A stretch of 64,000 nucleotides of DNA from positions 26,910,340 through 26,974,339 of the forward strand of contig CM119264.1 in NCBI GenBank assembly GCA_051294375.1, in the 5' to 3' direction. Both the position numbers and the translations under genes were made by a program. A model generated the notes under the pieces. That model saw only the letters and a program-made list of their open reading frames with translations, searched no databases and had not been told where the DNA came from. This document shows, piece after piece, positions 38,986-51,560 of this stretch. How positions within the stretch are numbered: the first letter of the stretch is position 1; the number at the start of each line of letters is the position of its first letter. This DNA comes from Paraspadella gotoi (lineage: Eukaryota > Animalia > Chaetognatha).

Positions 38986-41900
38986 TTAGCCGCCACACGA
39001 TTCTGTTTTCGCTGCGAGGATTTCGTTGACGGAAGCGGTGGTTCCGACGAAGACGGCGAAGACGCTGAAGACGAGAAGTAGGGCGTCCAACCAGAGACGC
39101 CAGTTCAAACGCCCTGCTTCTTCGGGTCTTTGGGGAAGGGCGGGAGGAAGGGGAAATACGTATTTAAAAAAACGAGGCAGGGTAAAGTCATCGCCGAATT
39201 GTGAATTATTGTGACACCTTGGAATCCTACGTAACAAATCGATGACGATGGGGATTGTCACGGACAAAGGGCAACCGATGAGAATTCCAACCAGCGAGAT
39301 GAAGGGGCCTGATTTTGAGAATGCAAAAGACGTTTCAGTTTTACGAATTGGAAAAATATTTACCCAATCATTAGTAATTTATGAAATAACAAGGAACGGT
39401 TATTCCAAGGTGTTGCGCGACGCGGCGCGGCGCCAGTAGTCGCTTAGATTTGATTTTTAACAAATGGGCAATAATCTATAAGCAAGTTATAAGCGCTTTT
39501 AACGTAAGTGGGACAGACCGATGGACAGACATACCGACGGACCGACCGACCGACCGACGGACGGACATCACTGCCATTACGATTAACTTACACCTTCAAT
39601 CACAACCAAAACGATTCACGTTGAGTTCGATCGTCTTCGGGACAACTCACCGATGTGCGGAAAAGCGGCGGCGATGACAGCGGAGCAGACGACGACGACG
39701 ACTCTGAGGCCGAAGTCGCAGAGATCGAGGTGGCGATCGTCGACGATCCACTTCTTGACGCCGCCGAAGACAATCCCGTGAGCGACGAAGAACTGGATGG
39801 CGTAGGAGGAGACCACCGCGCAGGAGAAGATGCCTTTGAGGCTGAAGGAGGAAGTAGGCAAGAAAGTTATAAAGAATTAGCAAACTCTTTTGTGGGAATT
39901 TTAAATAAATTTCTGGGGTTTATAAATACGTTTTTTGATACAAAATGAACTTTTACGATATGTACAGTGACTTATAAACGATTTCCGCATAGCTTGGCCG
40001 GGTTGAGGGTCCAAGCAAGGCAAAAAAAACCGTGTCTAAATGATTTTGTGAATTAGGTTTAAAAACAAACCCAAACAATCATTCATAAACTTACGACGAA
40101 ACATTTTATACAATTAGAGGTTTATGGATCTAATTACTACCAATTATGTTACTATGGCAATGGGGGGGGTCATGTGTGATGCCTGGGGTGTGAGGCATCT
40201 CCCAACAGCTGGCGCTCAGGGCTTTGGACGAGCTGAGATTCACCAAGCTATGCGGAAGGCGAATTTAGGATTCGCCATATTACATATATTGCTCTGCAGC
40301 AAAGAGAGGCCTAAATATAGTCGAACATTTCCTACAAATAAATAATAGGGCTGCGCATCGTTCGAATCGAAGTTCCGATCAAGTTCCTTTATATTTCACT
40401 TCTTTTCAAAACTGCATAGTCAAGGCCAATATAAATTATATCAATATGGGTGAGTTTCGAAAGCTTGGCGTCTTGGGAAGCCAACGGAGGTAGAGCGCGA
40501 TCGAAATTCCCATTTTATCATGCCCAAAAATGGTATTTAAATGAACTGGTCAGACCGTTTTTTCCCTTTTCCAAAAAACCTGCTTGATTTTTGTAAAATA
40601 GAACAAATCATACATATCAGTACGGTTTCGGATAGCTTATTGTCTTCTCTACTAGGTAAAAAAAAGAAAAGTTTAATTCTTGCAATCTTGAATGCCTGAT
40701 AAAGCAATCAAATGAACTGGTTTTTTAGGTGAAAACTGCATAGTCAAGCCTTCAATTTTTTTTTTGTTCTAAGACCATCGAAAGAAACTGTATTGTTTTT
40801 TACTATCTGTTTCAGGTAGAGCGCGGGGGTAAATTTAGAGAGTTTATATTAAATTTAGAGCAAATAGAAAGGATATCAAGTTTTTGCACCTAAAAGCTTT
40901 TTTAAGCGCGTTCCGGTCTGTATTGAGGACATCAATTAAAATTAAGCATTGATCATGCGCGATCCGGGCCAGATAAATACCATATTTCAACATGGCTTTA
41001 CCGTATTTTTTACGTTTTAGAACGCAGTCTGTATGAAATTTTTGAATTTCACGCCTGTGATATTGGCGTTCTCGGCGTCGTTTGTCCCTTGTTAGTCTCT
41101 TTATCTTATCTCTTGAAGAGACATTAATTTTGTTATGTGATAGTGACAAACCGTTCAATAAAATCTTAAAAGCAATGGATCGAGCTTACTTTTAATGATA
41201 ACCAAATATTGATGCGATGATAATCAAATATTGATGCGAAGATAACCGAAGGATTGATGCGATGATAACAAATGATGTATGCGATGATAGTCATTCATTG
41301 ATGCGATGATAATCATTCATTGATGCGATGATAGTCCTTCATTGATCGGATGATAATCATTCATTGATGCGATGATAGTCATTCATTGACGTGACGTGAC
41401 TTTGAAAAAAGTATGCATATTTTAAAAAAGTATGCATACTTCAAAAAGTATGCATACTTTTTTCAAAGTATGCATACTTTTTTGAAGTATGCATACTTTT
41501 TTAAATATGCATTCTTTTTGAAGTATGCATACTTTTTTCAAATATGCATACTTTTTTTCAAAGTATGATACTTTTTTCAAAGTTGCATACTTTTTTCAAA
41601 GTTTGCATACTTTTTCAAAGTTGCATACTTTTTTGAAGTATGCATACTTTTTTAAAATATGCATACTTTTTCAAAATATGCATACTTTTTTCAAAGTATG
41701 CATACTTTTTTGAAGTATGCATACTTTTTTTAAAAATAGCATACTTTTTTAAAATATGCATACTTTTTTTAAAGTATGCATACTTTTTTAAAATATGCAT
41801 ACTTTTTTCAAAGTATGCATACTTTTTTGAAGTATGCATACTTTTTTAAAATATGCATACTTTTTTCAAATTATGCATACTTTTTTCAAAGTTTGCATAC

Positions 41901-44334
41901 TTTTTTCAAATATGCATACTTTTTTGAAGTATGCATACTTTTTTTAAAATATGCATACTTTTTTCAAAGTATGCATACTTTTTTCAAAGTATGCATACTT
42001 TTTTCAAATATGCATATTTTTTCAACTTGCATATCTTTTTCAACTTGCATATCTTTTAACTTGCATATCTTTTTCAACTTGCATATCTTTTTCAACTTGC
42101 ATATCTTTTTCACTTGCATATCTTTTTTCAACTTGCATACTTTTTAACTGATTACCGCTAAATTATCTTAGTCAAATCCGACATTGTTTGCTCAAACTTG
42201 TTCTATAATAAGCCGGATTCAGATATGACAATTTTAGATATTAAACTATCGTCTATTATTTTTAATTTTTTATTCATTGATCAATTTATTACACATTAAT
42301 CATATATCTTTTAATTATAGTTTTATTGCTATCATTTAAATCTGTTATCATAAATTAAAATGATTCAAAAATGAAAAATTAATCGTTAAGTGACAATAGT
42401 GAATTCTTAATTAGTTAGTTTAATAGTAGTTTTGCTGGTGAGATCAGTCAATATACTTTCAATTTATTACTTCTTTGGCTCTCTTGTCTTTTCCTTTTTT
42501 ATTCTGTTATAATTATGTTATTTTTGTGATGAATTTTGTAAGGATTCCTTTTTTTCCGGGCTTCGCTTATTCTATTTTCTCTTATGAGGCCGGTTCGCGC
42601 ATAATCGCTATATCGGTTTAAAGCTTAGTACTATAGTACAGTAGTTCAAATCCTTATTGGATCAAACCGAGTTCGATTTTAAGCGAAAGTTGATCGATTT
42701 GAAGCGCGATTTTCGCGACTGTTTTTTATTGCCATAACTTTTGAACGGATTATCCGATTTTATAAAATTTTGCATATAGATAGTATTTTAAATTCCCTAT
42801 CGATCGGTACCAAATTTATTTAAAATACCACCAATAGTTAGAAACGATGCACATCCCCATATATAATTCGAGGATTACAATGATTTATTGAGTTATAAAA
42901 TACCTATCATTAATCAGCCCTTTCGGCAAATTGAGAGTGATTGCTCGCAGCGAGTCTCGCCCGAATCTCAAGTAGCCAAAGAAAGCGAAGGAAAGTAGAG
43001 ATGTGGCGCTCAACGTGATTCCGACGTTGGTGACGCCGAAAGGGGACGTCATCTCTTCGGGCAGCGCCATTTTGTTTTCCAAAGGCAAGACGACGACGGA
43101 ACCTTGGCAAAAAAAATTATAAGAGCTTGTTTGAATATGTTTAGAATAGATTTTGGTATTTTTTGACTTTTCTGTGCGTTTGGTTTTTTTAAGTTTTCTA
43201 AACAGAAACTAATTTAAAACTTAGTCTTGAGATCATAATCAAACATCTATCAGTGTTTAAACGTTCTTAACAGTAATTTATACAAGGCTTTTAAAATTAA
43301 GCATTTTCCCCACACATTCAAATATCAAACCACAATCATTTACCCTCGAAAGAAAAAATGAGCGTCGCAAAGAAGACTGGGTACTTAATCGGATCTGGAG
43401 CAACCATGTCCAATTCGCTCATCGGCAGAAAGTCTTGCAGCAAGAAAGCGAAGATGATGGTTGATGCAAGGAGTTGAACGGCGATGCCGACGCAAGATAC
43501 GATCGCTAACAGTTCCACGTTGCGGACAAAGATGACCAAGATGATCAGAGGGAAGGTCAGGGAAATGTAAACCTGCACAGGCCAGGTGCAGTCGATAATT
43601 TCTCGAATGTTTTCGCCTGAAAAAGCACGTCTCAAGAATTATCTACTTTCAAATTAAAACTAAATAATAAAAAAAAAAACATCTTTCCTTACCAATAAAT
43701 ATAAAGTAAAAAATGAGAATCGACCATTGTTGCAGCAAAATCAGAGAGTTTAACATTTTGTGGGCAAATTTAGCGAATGGTGCACAGAAATTAGGACCGT
43801 AAGCAAATGCAAACTGGAACGTGTCCCCATAGTCTAGAGAGCCTCGTTCGGTTAATGCACAAAAAAACCTAAAAAAGAAAATATTTATACTTAATTGCAA
43901 ATCGCGTTAATATTTATGGATTATTCAAAATTTCACCTCGAGGCAGACACCAAGCAGTGCAAGCAGTAAATCAGCAGCAGGGAGTAGAGCGGAATCATCG
44001 CCCCGGCGACGAGCAGTCCGACGCGGGCGACGGCTGCGGGCAACGCCAACGTCGCGGGGCCGACGAAACATTTGACGAAATGCGCCAGGGTAGCGTGAGT
44101 GGAGATTCTGTCGGGCGGAGACGAAGTCGACGCCGATTCTCTCAAAGGATGGGCGTGGCGCGACTCTTCCGCCGAAATAGCATCGATCACGTCCAAGCCT
44201 AACAAACGTCTCGTCTCTGCTGCGACGTTAGAACTTTTTTCGCCGTTGAGGCCGACGTCGGGGACGCTGCCGCCGCAGCTGCCGCCACCGCTTCCGCCGC
44301 TGTCGCCGCTGCCGCCGCTGCTAGCGTTTTTCAT
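38986..44334 (-). CDS. Proton-coupled amino acid transporter, SLC36/PAT-like (Aa_trans family), 519 aa predicted; exons 44334-43937, 43868-43693, 43616-43344, 43102-42904, 39841-39651, 39308-38986
   Basis: Motifs TLAHFVKCFVGPATLALPAA, SLDYGDT, FFATLIFSFEGSVVVLPLENKM, FGYLRFG...ITLNLP, YAIQFFV and FISLVG match SLC36. All five introns are GT-AG and phase-consistent; exons sum to 1560 nt ending in TAA. Confidence 0.92.
39388..39570 (-). mobile_element. Truncated HINE/DINE-like element in SLC36 intron 5
   Basis: Same terminus AACAAGGAACGGTTATTCCAAGGTGTTGCG and GACCGAC repeats as the 49135 copy. Confidence 0.7.
41195..41390. repeat. Tandem repeat of about 21-22 bp (TGATGCGATGATAATCATTCAT)
   Basis: About nine visible units. 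Confidence 0.9.
41400..42147. repeat. Minisatellite of about 19-20 bp with palindromic core AAAGTATGCATACTTT
   Basis: More than 30 visible units; drifts to CAACTTGCATATCTTTT at the 3' end. Confidence 0.92.
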
Positions 44335-44464
44335 TTTTCAACACCCACCTTCTTTTTAAAATTTTAGACAATGTTTTTTTAGTTGAATAAAACATAAAAC
44401 ATAAAATAGAATATAAACCATAACATAAAGCTTGCGGAAAGCTTGCAGGGACCCGCTATGTCAT

Positions 44465-44527
44465 TATCTTGTAAGAGTGATGGAGGCCATAAACCACCAA
44501 AGCCTGTCCAAAGTCAGGGGCGAGATA
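44465..44527 (+). ncRNA. Twister ribozyme, type-P5 permutation, no P3 (repeat family 2, copy A)
   Basis: P5 TATCTTGT/GCGAGATA; P2' GAGT; GA; T1' TGG; AGGCCA; TAA at 44490-92; P2 ACC; T2 AC; CAAAG; P4 CCTG/CAGG closing T-CCA-AA-GT. Confidence 0.78.
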
Positions 44528-44791
44528 GCTTATTTATTAAATGAATGGATAATTTTTATATTGGTTGTACCAATTTCATAAATTTTAGCTCCTTGTATTT
44601 TGATGCTGGACGGAGTACAATATAAATATATATACGATCTAATACTTAAGGGAGTGGTCTTTTCATACAATTGAAACATTCTTTAAAATATTATACCACT
44701 TCATTGATAGGGAAGCCACTTACTCTTGGAGTGAATAAACGAGACTGTGAGAGAGTCTTGATTGAAAGCTTGCAGGGACCTGCTATGTCAT

Positions 44792-44854
44792 TATCTTGTA
44801 AGAGTGATGGAGGCCTTAAACCACCAAAGCCTGTCCAAAGTCAGGGGCAATATA
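44792..44854 (+). ncRNA. Twister ribozyme, type-P5 permutation, no P3 (repeat family 2, copy B)
   Basis: Same layout as copy A, with palindromic P1 AGGCCT (44811-16) and TAA at 44817-19. The P5 3' strand GCAATATA has one mismatch. Confidence 0.78.
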
Positions 44855-45116
44855 GCTTATTTATTAAATGAATGGATAATTGTTATATTGGTTGTACCAA
44901 TTTAATAAAAAGTAAAATGTTTAAAAAAGCATTTCGGAAGAAAAATACAGTCGCCAAAAGTAGATTACATAATTTCAAATAATTTAAAACATTTGACGGA
45001 AAGAAACTCGTATTAAAAACTTTTTCGAAGGTCTATGTCGTAAGCTGTCTCTAGTTGATTTCAAATATCTACGTGGAACATTCGACCGAGATTTACTTTT
45101 TGTTTAATGAGATCTG

Positions 45117-45188
<72 letters not shown>

Positions 45189-46198
45189 TGGGAACAAAAG
45201 TTGAACAACAAGCGAATTCAAATCTTGTTAACGACGGCGTTCTTCTTGTGACAAACAAGCGCTGTTCGGGGTCGAGCGCTTTATCGAAGATAGGCGCTCC
45301 AACGAAGAGAACCCTCTTCGCTTTTCTCATTCGCTAAAAATGAGCAAAAGAAATCCAGGAGACGCGAGAATTCCACGATTTGCATAAAAGAAGAATGAAA
45401 AGAGGAAAACCGTCGGGATTTCGGAACCGACGTCGTCTGAAAATCTAGATGAACGCGAGAGACGAGAGACGCGACCCTGCAGTGATTGAGGAGATAATGG
45501 AGCAGAAGGGAGACTAGAGACACGACAGACGCGAGCCGAGATAAAAGAGAGACGAGAGAGCAGACGCGTCGTCGGCCCCTGAGGTGACCGGCCCCGACGT
45601 GGACCGACATCGACCCGACGAGAATGCGTAACGCGGACGCGATATTTAGTCGAGAATGGCCCGACAATAGGAAAACCGGCCCGACAATGGGACATACCGG
45701 CTCTGCCCTCTGGAGGTTAAACGTTTGAAGAAAGAAAGAAAAAAGAAATACAGAAATAACGGGAAGGTCGCTAGAGGAGAATGGGGGGGCGGAAGAATGA
45801 GCGAGATAGAAGAAGAAAAGAAGAAATAGACTATTTAATAGTGGAAAAAGGAAAAGCGAAAGGCGAGGAAATAAAATGAAAATAGGTGAAAAATAGGGAG
45901 AAAAGAAAGTAATGTTCGCGCGAGAAATTAAGAAAAGGAAAAAAGAAAAAAATGTTGGTAAAAGATCAGGAGATATTAACGCAATGTATCAGAACTCCGT
46001 GACCGGAAAGATATAGGGTTTAACCTTGAAAAGGTTAAATTATTAGCGTCTTATTAAACACTAGACTCCACGAAACGGAAAAATTTCGGCGTAGTAGAAT
46101 AAAAGTTTTTTGAAATTAATTAGAAAAGCTTCGTTATCTTTTAATCAGTTGCTCTATTACTAAAAAGCAGAGCCAAACATTTTCCAAACGTTTTTTTA

Positions 46199-46577
46199 AA
46201 CAAGAACGGTAATTCAAATGTGTTGCTCCGTAGTGACTGCGATATCACGTGTATTTCTTGTGACATGACTACATGACTACAATAACTTTCTTAGCTCATG
46301 TATTTCTGACACGCACTGCATCGGAATTTTGTTTTTTATTCTTTATAGTTTTAGGATTTCCTGAAGGCGGCGATAGCAGTCCCTAAGATTTAAAGTTTTT
46401 TCCTGTCTTGACAAATGTGTAACCAACTATATGCAAGTTATGAGCATTTTGAATGTAATTAGGACAGACCAATGGACAGACATACCGACCGTCGGACTGA
46501 CCGATGGACCGACCGACGGACCAACCAAAAAGTGACTTATAGATCTGCTCCACAAGTACTCAGGACACAACTAAAAA
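46199..46577 (-). mobile_element. HINE/DINE-like element
   Basis: Reverse complement is colinear with 33356-33731. Confidence 0.75.
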
Positions 46578-46611
46578 TGAAAATTTCTAGGAATGATTTT
46601 CTTTTTGTTCA

Positions 46612-46894
46612 TTTTTGTTGCACCACGAGTACTCGCAGAGTAACTCTATAAGTCACTTTTCGGTCAGTCGGTCCTTTGGTATGTCTGTCCGTCAGTCTGT
46701 TCCACTTTAAAAAGGAAAAACCTTCAAATCAAAATTCCGATGCAGTGCTTGTCATAAATACACGGCTCAGAGAGTTATGGTAGTCAATTAGTCATGTCAT
46801 GTCACATCGTCATGTCATATAATGTCATGTCACAAGAGATACATGTGATAAGGCAGTCGCTGCGGCGCAACACATTTGAATTACCGTTCTTGTT
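46612..46894 (+). mobile_element. HINE/DINE-like element, inverted relative to the adjacent copy
   Basis: CGAGTACTCG hairpin, CTCTATAAGTCAC, GTCY repeats, GCGGCGCAACACATTTGAATTACCGTTCTTGTT end. Confidence 0.75.
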
Positions 46895-48284
46895 TTTATA
46901 ATATCCATTACTTTTTCGCGGCCATGTCCAATGGCATTGTCCATTGTCCAATGTTCATTTTTTAAATCTCTGTAGCTTGGTCCTCCGTGTTCATTTCGCT
47001 GTCATTGTAAACCGCATGTTCTGTCACGGACGTTTTTTCACCATGGAGACCCGAGGCAAGAGGGGAGGGACGGGGGGGGGCGGCAGTCGGAAAGAGTTGG
47101 AAAGGTTTATCGAAGCGAGACGCCACAGCCTCATCCTCTTTGCATCCATAACTCAAGTAGGTGACGTCGTTGGGGCCTCGCTTACGAGGCTCACCCCTCA
47201 CCGCTCACCACTCACTGCCCAGCCATAAAAAATAACACCCTTCACCGCTCACCGATCGTCCGTTAGAACTCATCCATTAACCCTCACCCTCCCGGTTGAT
47301 CGTCATTGTCGCAGCTCTTTATTCTTAACTCACCCTTGAACCTACCTTAACCCTAAACCCTAAACAAAACGCGCGATACATTCACTAAGACTTGCGCGGG
47401 TTGGATGGCGTTGTAATTACTTGGAACCTAAGTTTGCTAGCGTTTTGGGTGGCATTTCGGCGTTGAGAATGGAATTGAAACAATTAACTCACCCAGTAAT
47501 TCATATTATATATATATTATCGACCAAATTCTCATTTGCATTTTATAATATTTTGCTCACGATATGCTTTTTCTTTGAACATCTTTAGATTTTAACTATT
47601 ATCACGTTTAAAGTTTTGTTGTTCTCTTTTTACAAAGATTTTAATAAAAACTGCCATTTCTTTTTGTGGGGTGTTAAAATTCAATTATTGATATTAATTT
47701 AATGCAGTGAATTCCAGTTCGATGGTTAATTGGTTATGTACTTCGCTCGAAAGGGAAGCTCGCAATACCGCAACTAAAAATAAAATATGCAATTGTATTT
47801 GAAGAAGAAAATTTTTGAGTACTTCACTCCTGGAGTACATCGACGATAAAATGAAAAAACGCCGGTGCGTTTGAAACCCGATTCCTCGAAAGCGCGTCTG
47901 CGGCGTCTCTCCACGTCATCTAAAACGCGCCGCCAGTTCGACGGCGCCGGTGCCAAAGAGCGCCCGCGGTTTTGATGCGCTCGTCAAACGGGTCTATTGG
48001 TGTTGATGGGGTCGCGCGCAGCTTCATGGTGCCCAGGATGTGCCAGGCCGTTGTTAGATAATCGAGACAAAGAGGTTTGAGAGATAGAGATAGAATAGAG
48101 AGAGAAAGAAAGAGAGAGAGAGAGTGTGTGAGTGAGAGAGACAGAGTGTAGAGAGAATAATGAGATAATGATATAACTACTGAGCGACGTCATCGCCAGT
48201 AAAAATTCTACGCAGTACATAGAAGTAAAAAAAAAATTCAACGATATACAATTGATCGCATTTACAACGCGTTCACTCTCTCTC

Positions 48285-48356
<72 letters not shown>

Positions 48357-49134
48357 CTCTTTTTCACGTTGGTGGATTTCGTCATTGGAAACTCCCTCTC
48401 TGCTGCGATAAAATGAAACGATAACAAAAGGGTGTTGCTCTGGTTGAGATAGAGACATAGAGAGAGAGAGAGGAAGAGAGAGAGAGAGAGACTGAGAGAA
48501 GAGAGATAGAGACGTAGATGACCGAGAGATGAGGAGGAGAAGAGATCGCTAAGGCAAATCATGAAGCGAGAAAAAAAGATGGTGAGAGCGGATAGGAGAG
48601 AGAAGAGAGAGATCAGAGACAACGGGGATGGTAACGAGGGCAGGTTTGATTGGGAACGGGAACGCTTTTCATGGACTTCTGGCCATCTGCTATTCAGAGC
48701 TGTGTGGCCTCTCGCGGTGCGAGCGCGTACCGACTCGTTCTCTTCTCTCTGCTCTCTCTCTACTGATCCTCTCTACTCTCTCCTCTCTCTCTCTCTCTCT
48801 CTCTTTCTTCTCGATCTGCCGCCGCCGTCGCCGAAGAAAAGGATTCTTTATCAGACGTTAACTGGAAGAACGGGAGGAGAAAGAAAGAAAGAGAGAAAAA
48901 GTTAAGAAAAAAGAAAAAAGGAGAAAAAAGTATAAAAAGTAATAAAAAAAAGGAGATTAGGAAGTTTAAGAAGAATGTACGGAGAAGAGGGTTTAAATAG
49001 ATTCAAACAATAAATAAATTCGAAAACTTTCGAAAAAAAAAATACTAGAAATATACGTGAAGTTGAACGGCAAATTCCAACTCCCTAAACGATCCATAGA
49101 AGAATGCAAGGAAAAAAAAATGGAAGATGGAAAA

Positions 49135-49552
49135 AACAAGGAACGGTTATTCCAAGGTGTTGCGCCGCATTACTCTTCTTTTTACTTATCATATCATTTA
49201 TTCCTTTTAGTTTATAAGATTTCTTTGTTAGACATGATGTATTAACCTTTCTTTTTTGTTGTTAGTTTTAAGTTTTAAAGTTTTAATGATTTTTTACAAC
49301 AAATAATAATAAAAACAAATTTATTATAAAACTTTGTTTTTTCTACTAAAATTTTTTTAAAAACAAAAGGCGGCGCCAGTAGTCACTTAGATTTGATTTT
49401 TAACAAATGAGCAACAAACTATAGACAAGTTATAAGTATATAAACGTAATTGGGACAGAGCGATGGTCAGATATACCGACAGACCGAGCGACCGACCGAC
49501 CGAAATATGACTTATAGAGTTGCTCCGCGAGTACTCGCGGCGCAACTAAAAA
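49135..49552 (-). mobile_element. HINE/DINE-like element
   Basis: Both termini present; perfect palindrome CCGCGAGTACTCGCGG (49525-40). Confidence 0.75.
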
Positions 49553-50305
49553 TGGAATGAGCCATAGAGACAAGGAGAGGAGAAAAAAGCACAGAGTGGC
49601 CATAATTTCCAAGTAAAAACCTCCTACGAGCCACCGAAACATTTTTTTGAGCGGAGGGGAAGGGATGGGGAGAAAAGGTAGGAGGGGACGGGGAAAGAAG
49701 GGAAGGGGACGGGGAGAANNNNNNNNNNNNNNNNNNNNNNNNNNNNNNNNNNNNNNNNNNNNNNNNNNNNNNNNNNNNNNNNNNNNNNNNNNNNNNNNNN
49801 NNNNNNNNNNNNNNNNNNNNNNNNNNNNNNNNNNNNNNNNNNNNNNNNNNNNNNNNNNNNNNNNNNNNNNNNNNNNNNNNNNNNNNNNNNNNNNNNNNNN
49901 NNNNNNNNNNNACGGGAAAGGGGAAAGGAACAAGAGGTCAGAGAACTAAAGGGGCAAGGAACAAGAGTCGAAAAAAGATAGAAAAAGGATAGAAACCAAA
50001 AAAAAGTGGAGGGAAGGGATTTTAAAGAAATAGATCGGGACCCGCGGATTCGCGAAGACGAAGCTTCTCCGAATATCAGTTAAACCCGGTTTTTTCTTTG
50101 GCACCGAAGTTCGTCGGCCGACGGGACGAGAGGTGGGAATCAGGGGGGCGTAAGGGGGGGGGGGAACGGTGTAACGACCGCGTTGTTTTTTTTCGAGAGG
50201 TGCTCGCTCTGTCTCTGTCTCTGTTCTATATCCGCTCTCTGTCTCTCTCTGGTGTGTGTATGTGTTTCTTTTTCTTTCTACTTATATGTCTTTCTCTCTC
50301 TTCGT

Positions 50306-50390
<85 letters not shown>

Positions 50391-50598
50391 CGGGCCACTA
50401 ACACTGTCGATACGAAAGCTCATTTTTTAAATTGCCCCGTTTTTTTTCTCCAAAAGACTCAAATATTATTCATTCATTTCCGGCAAATGAAGATCCGCCT
50501 AAGCGCTCGGTTTTCCGGCAATGGCCCCATTAAACCGAGAAATGTCTCATTTTCCGTCTCGTCTGATCTGCGAATCTTGAGCTGAATGAGAAAGAGAG

Positions 50599-50667
<69 letters not shown>

Positions 50668-50732
50668 AGAGAGAGAGCGAGAGATCGGAAAAAACTTAAA
50701 TTGATAAAAGAGATTGGATGGCTATCTCCCCC

Positions 50733-50781
<49 letters not shown>

Positions 50782-51107
50782 GGCTGGACTCATCAAGTCA
50801 TCAACTCTTTTATCTCACTAGACTTTTTCTTTTCGGTCGCCGATTCCAGTTGACCAGATCCAATGTCCCCCTTTAACCCTTTATCCCTTTAACCCTTTAA
50901 CCCTTTATCCCTTTAACCCTTTAACCCTTTAACTTTTAAACTCTTCGAAAAGTTTCTGGATGTTTCTCGACACCCCTTCCCTAACGCCAAGCCATACATG
51001 TGTAAGATCACATCACATTCTTATCACATTCAGCACTCCTTCCCTAAGTCGTCACGATTCCTTCACTCTCTCAATTTAACTTTTCACAGCACCCACTTTC
51101 CACTTTC

Positions 51108-51232
51108 CACTCTCCCACCCATTCCAACATCCCCTTCCACAATCCCACCCATTCCAACACCCCCTTCCACAATCCCACCCATTCCAACATCCCCTTCCAC
51201 AATCCCACCCATTCCAACACCCCTTCCACCCC
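51108..51232. repeat. 30-bp tandem repeat, four copies
   Basis: CCCACCCATTCCAACAYCCCCTTCCACAAT units. Confidence 0.9.
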
Positions 51233-51299
51233 CCACGCGTCAAATTCTTCTTTACTCCCCCAGGGGAATCTTCTGTCAAAGCGATTTTATCAGTTTCTC

Positions 51300-51560
51300 G
51301 AGGTCCCTTGACCGTTGAAGACACGAGACTTGGCGGCGAGAACTGAGCCGCCGCTGCCCCCCTCCACGGCGCCGTCGCGGCCTCCTGCGGCACTCCGCTG
51401 CCGCTGCCGATTCCACCGGGAGACGTCACGCGCAGTCCCGGTCCAATCGCGGCCGCCGGGTCTTCGTTTCGTCTTCGTTTATCGAGAGGCGATTTCGTTC
51501 GATGTTGACGAAGTTAGTTCTGCGCAGTGCGCAGGCGCGTGACTCTTAGCGGAACACTGA
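51300..51560. promoter_or_regulatory. GC-rich promoter-like island
   Basis: GACGTCA (CRE-like), CCAAT and TGCGCAGTGCGCAGGCGC (NRF1-like) motifs in an AT-rich background. Confidence 0.35.

Larger units (their letters stand above)
40346..42859. mobile_element. Probable non-autonomous hAT-like element in SLC36 intron 4 carrying tandem arrays
   Basis: Ends TAGGGCTGCGCATCGTT and AACGATGCACATCCCCA are imperfect inverted repeats; the TSD is only approximate. Internal duplication at about 40408 and 40732. Confidence 0.5.
44437..44907 (+). mobile_element. Tandem array (about 1.4 units, 327-nt period) of a twister-containing repeat (family 2)
   Basis: Near-identical direct repeats of about 145 nt at 44437-44580 and 44764-44907. 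Confidence 0.85.

Noticed and set aside
40205-40260. Twister loop-4-like GTCCAAAGC on the minus strand
   Set aside because: No closing P4, no UAA and no correctly placed pseudoknot partners; only a 15-bp inverted match to 39983-39997.
41525-42151. Repetitive ORFs and a CRISPR-like appearance
   Set aside because: Pure tandem repeat with no unique spacers and no cas genes; eukaryotic intron.
44437-44907. TRIM/LTR mini-retrotransposon interpretation of the direct repeats
   Set aside because: No TG..CA termini, PBS, PPT or TSD seen; a partial tandem of a 327-nt unit fits better.
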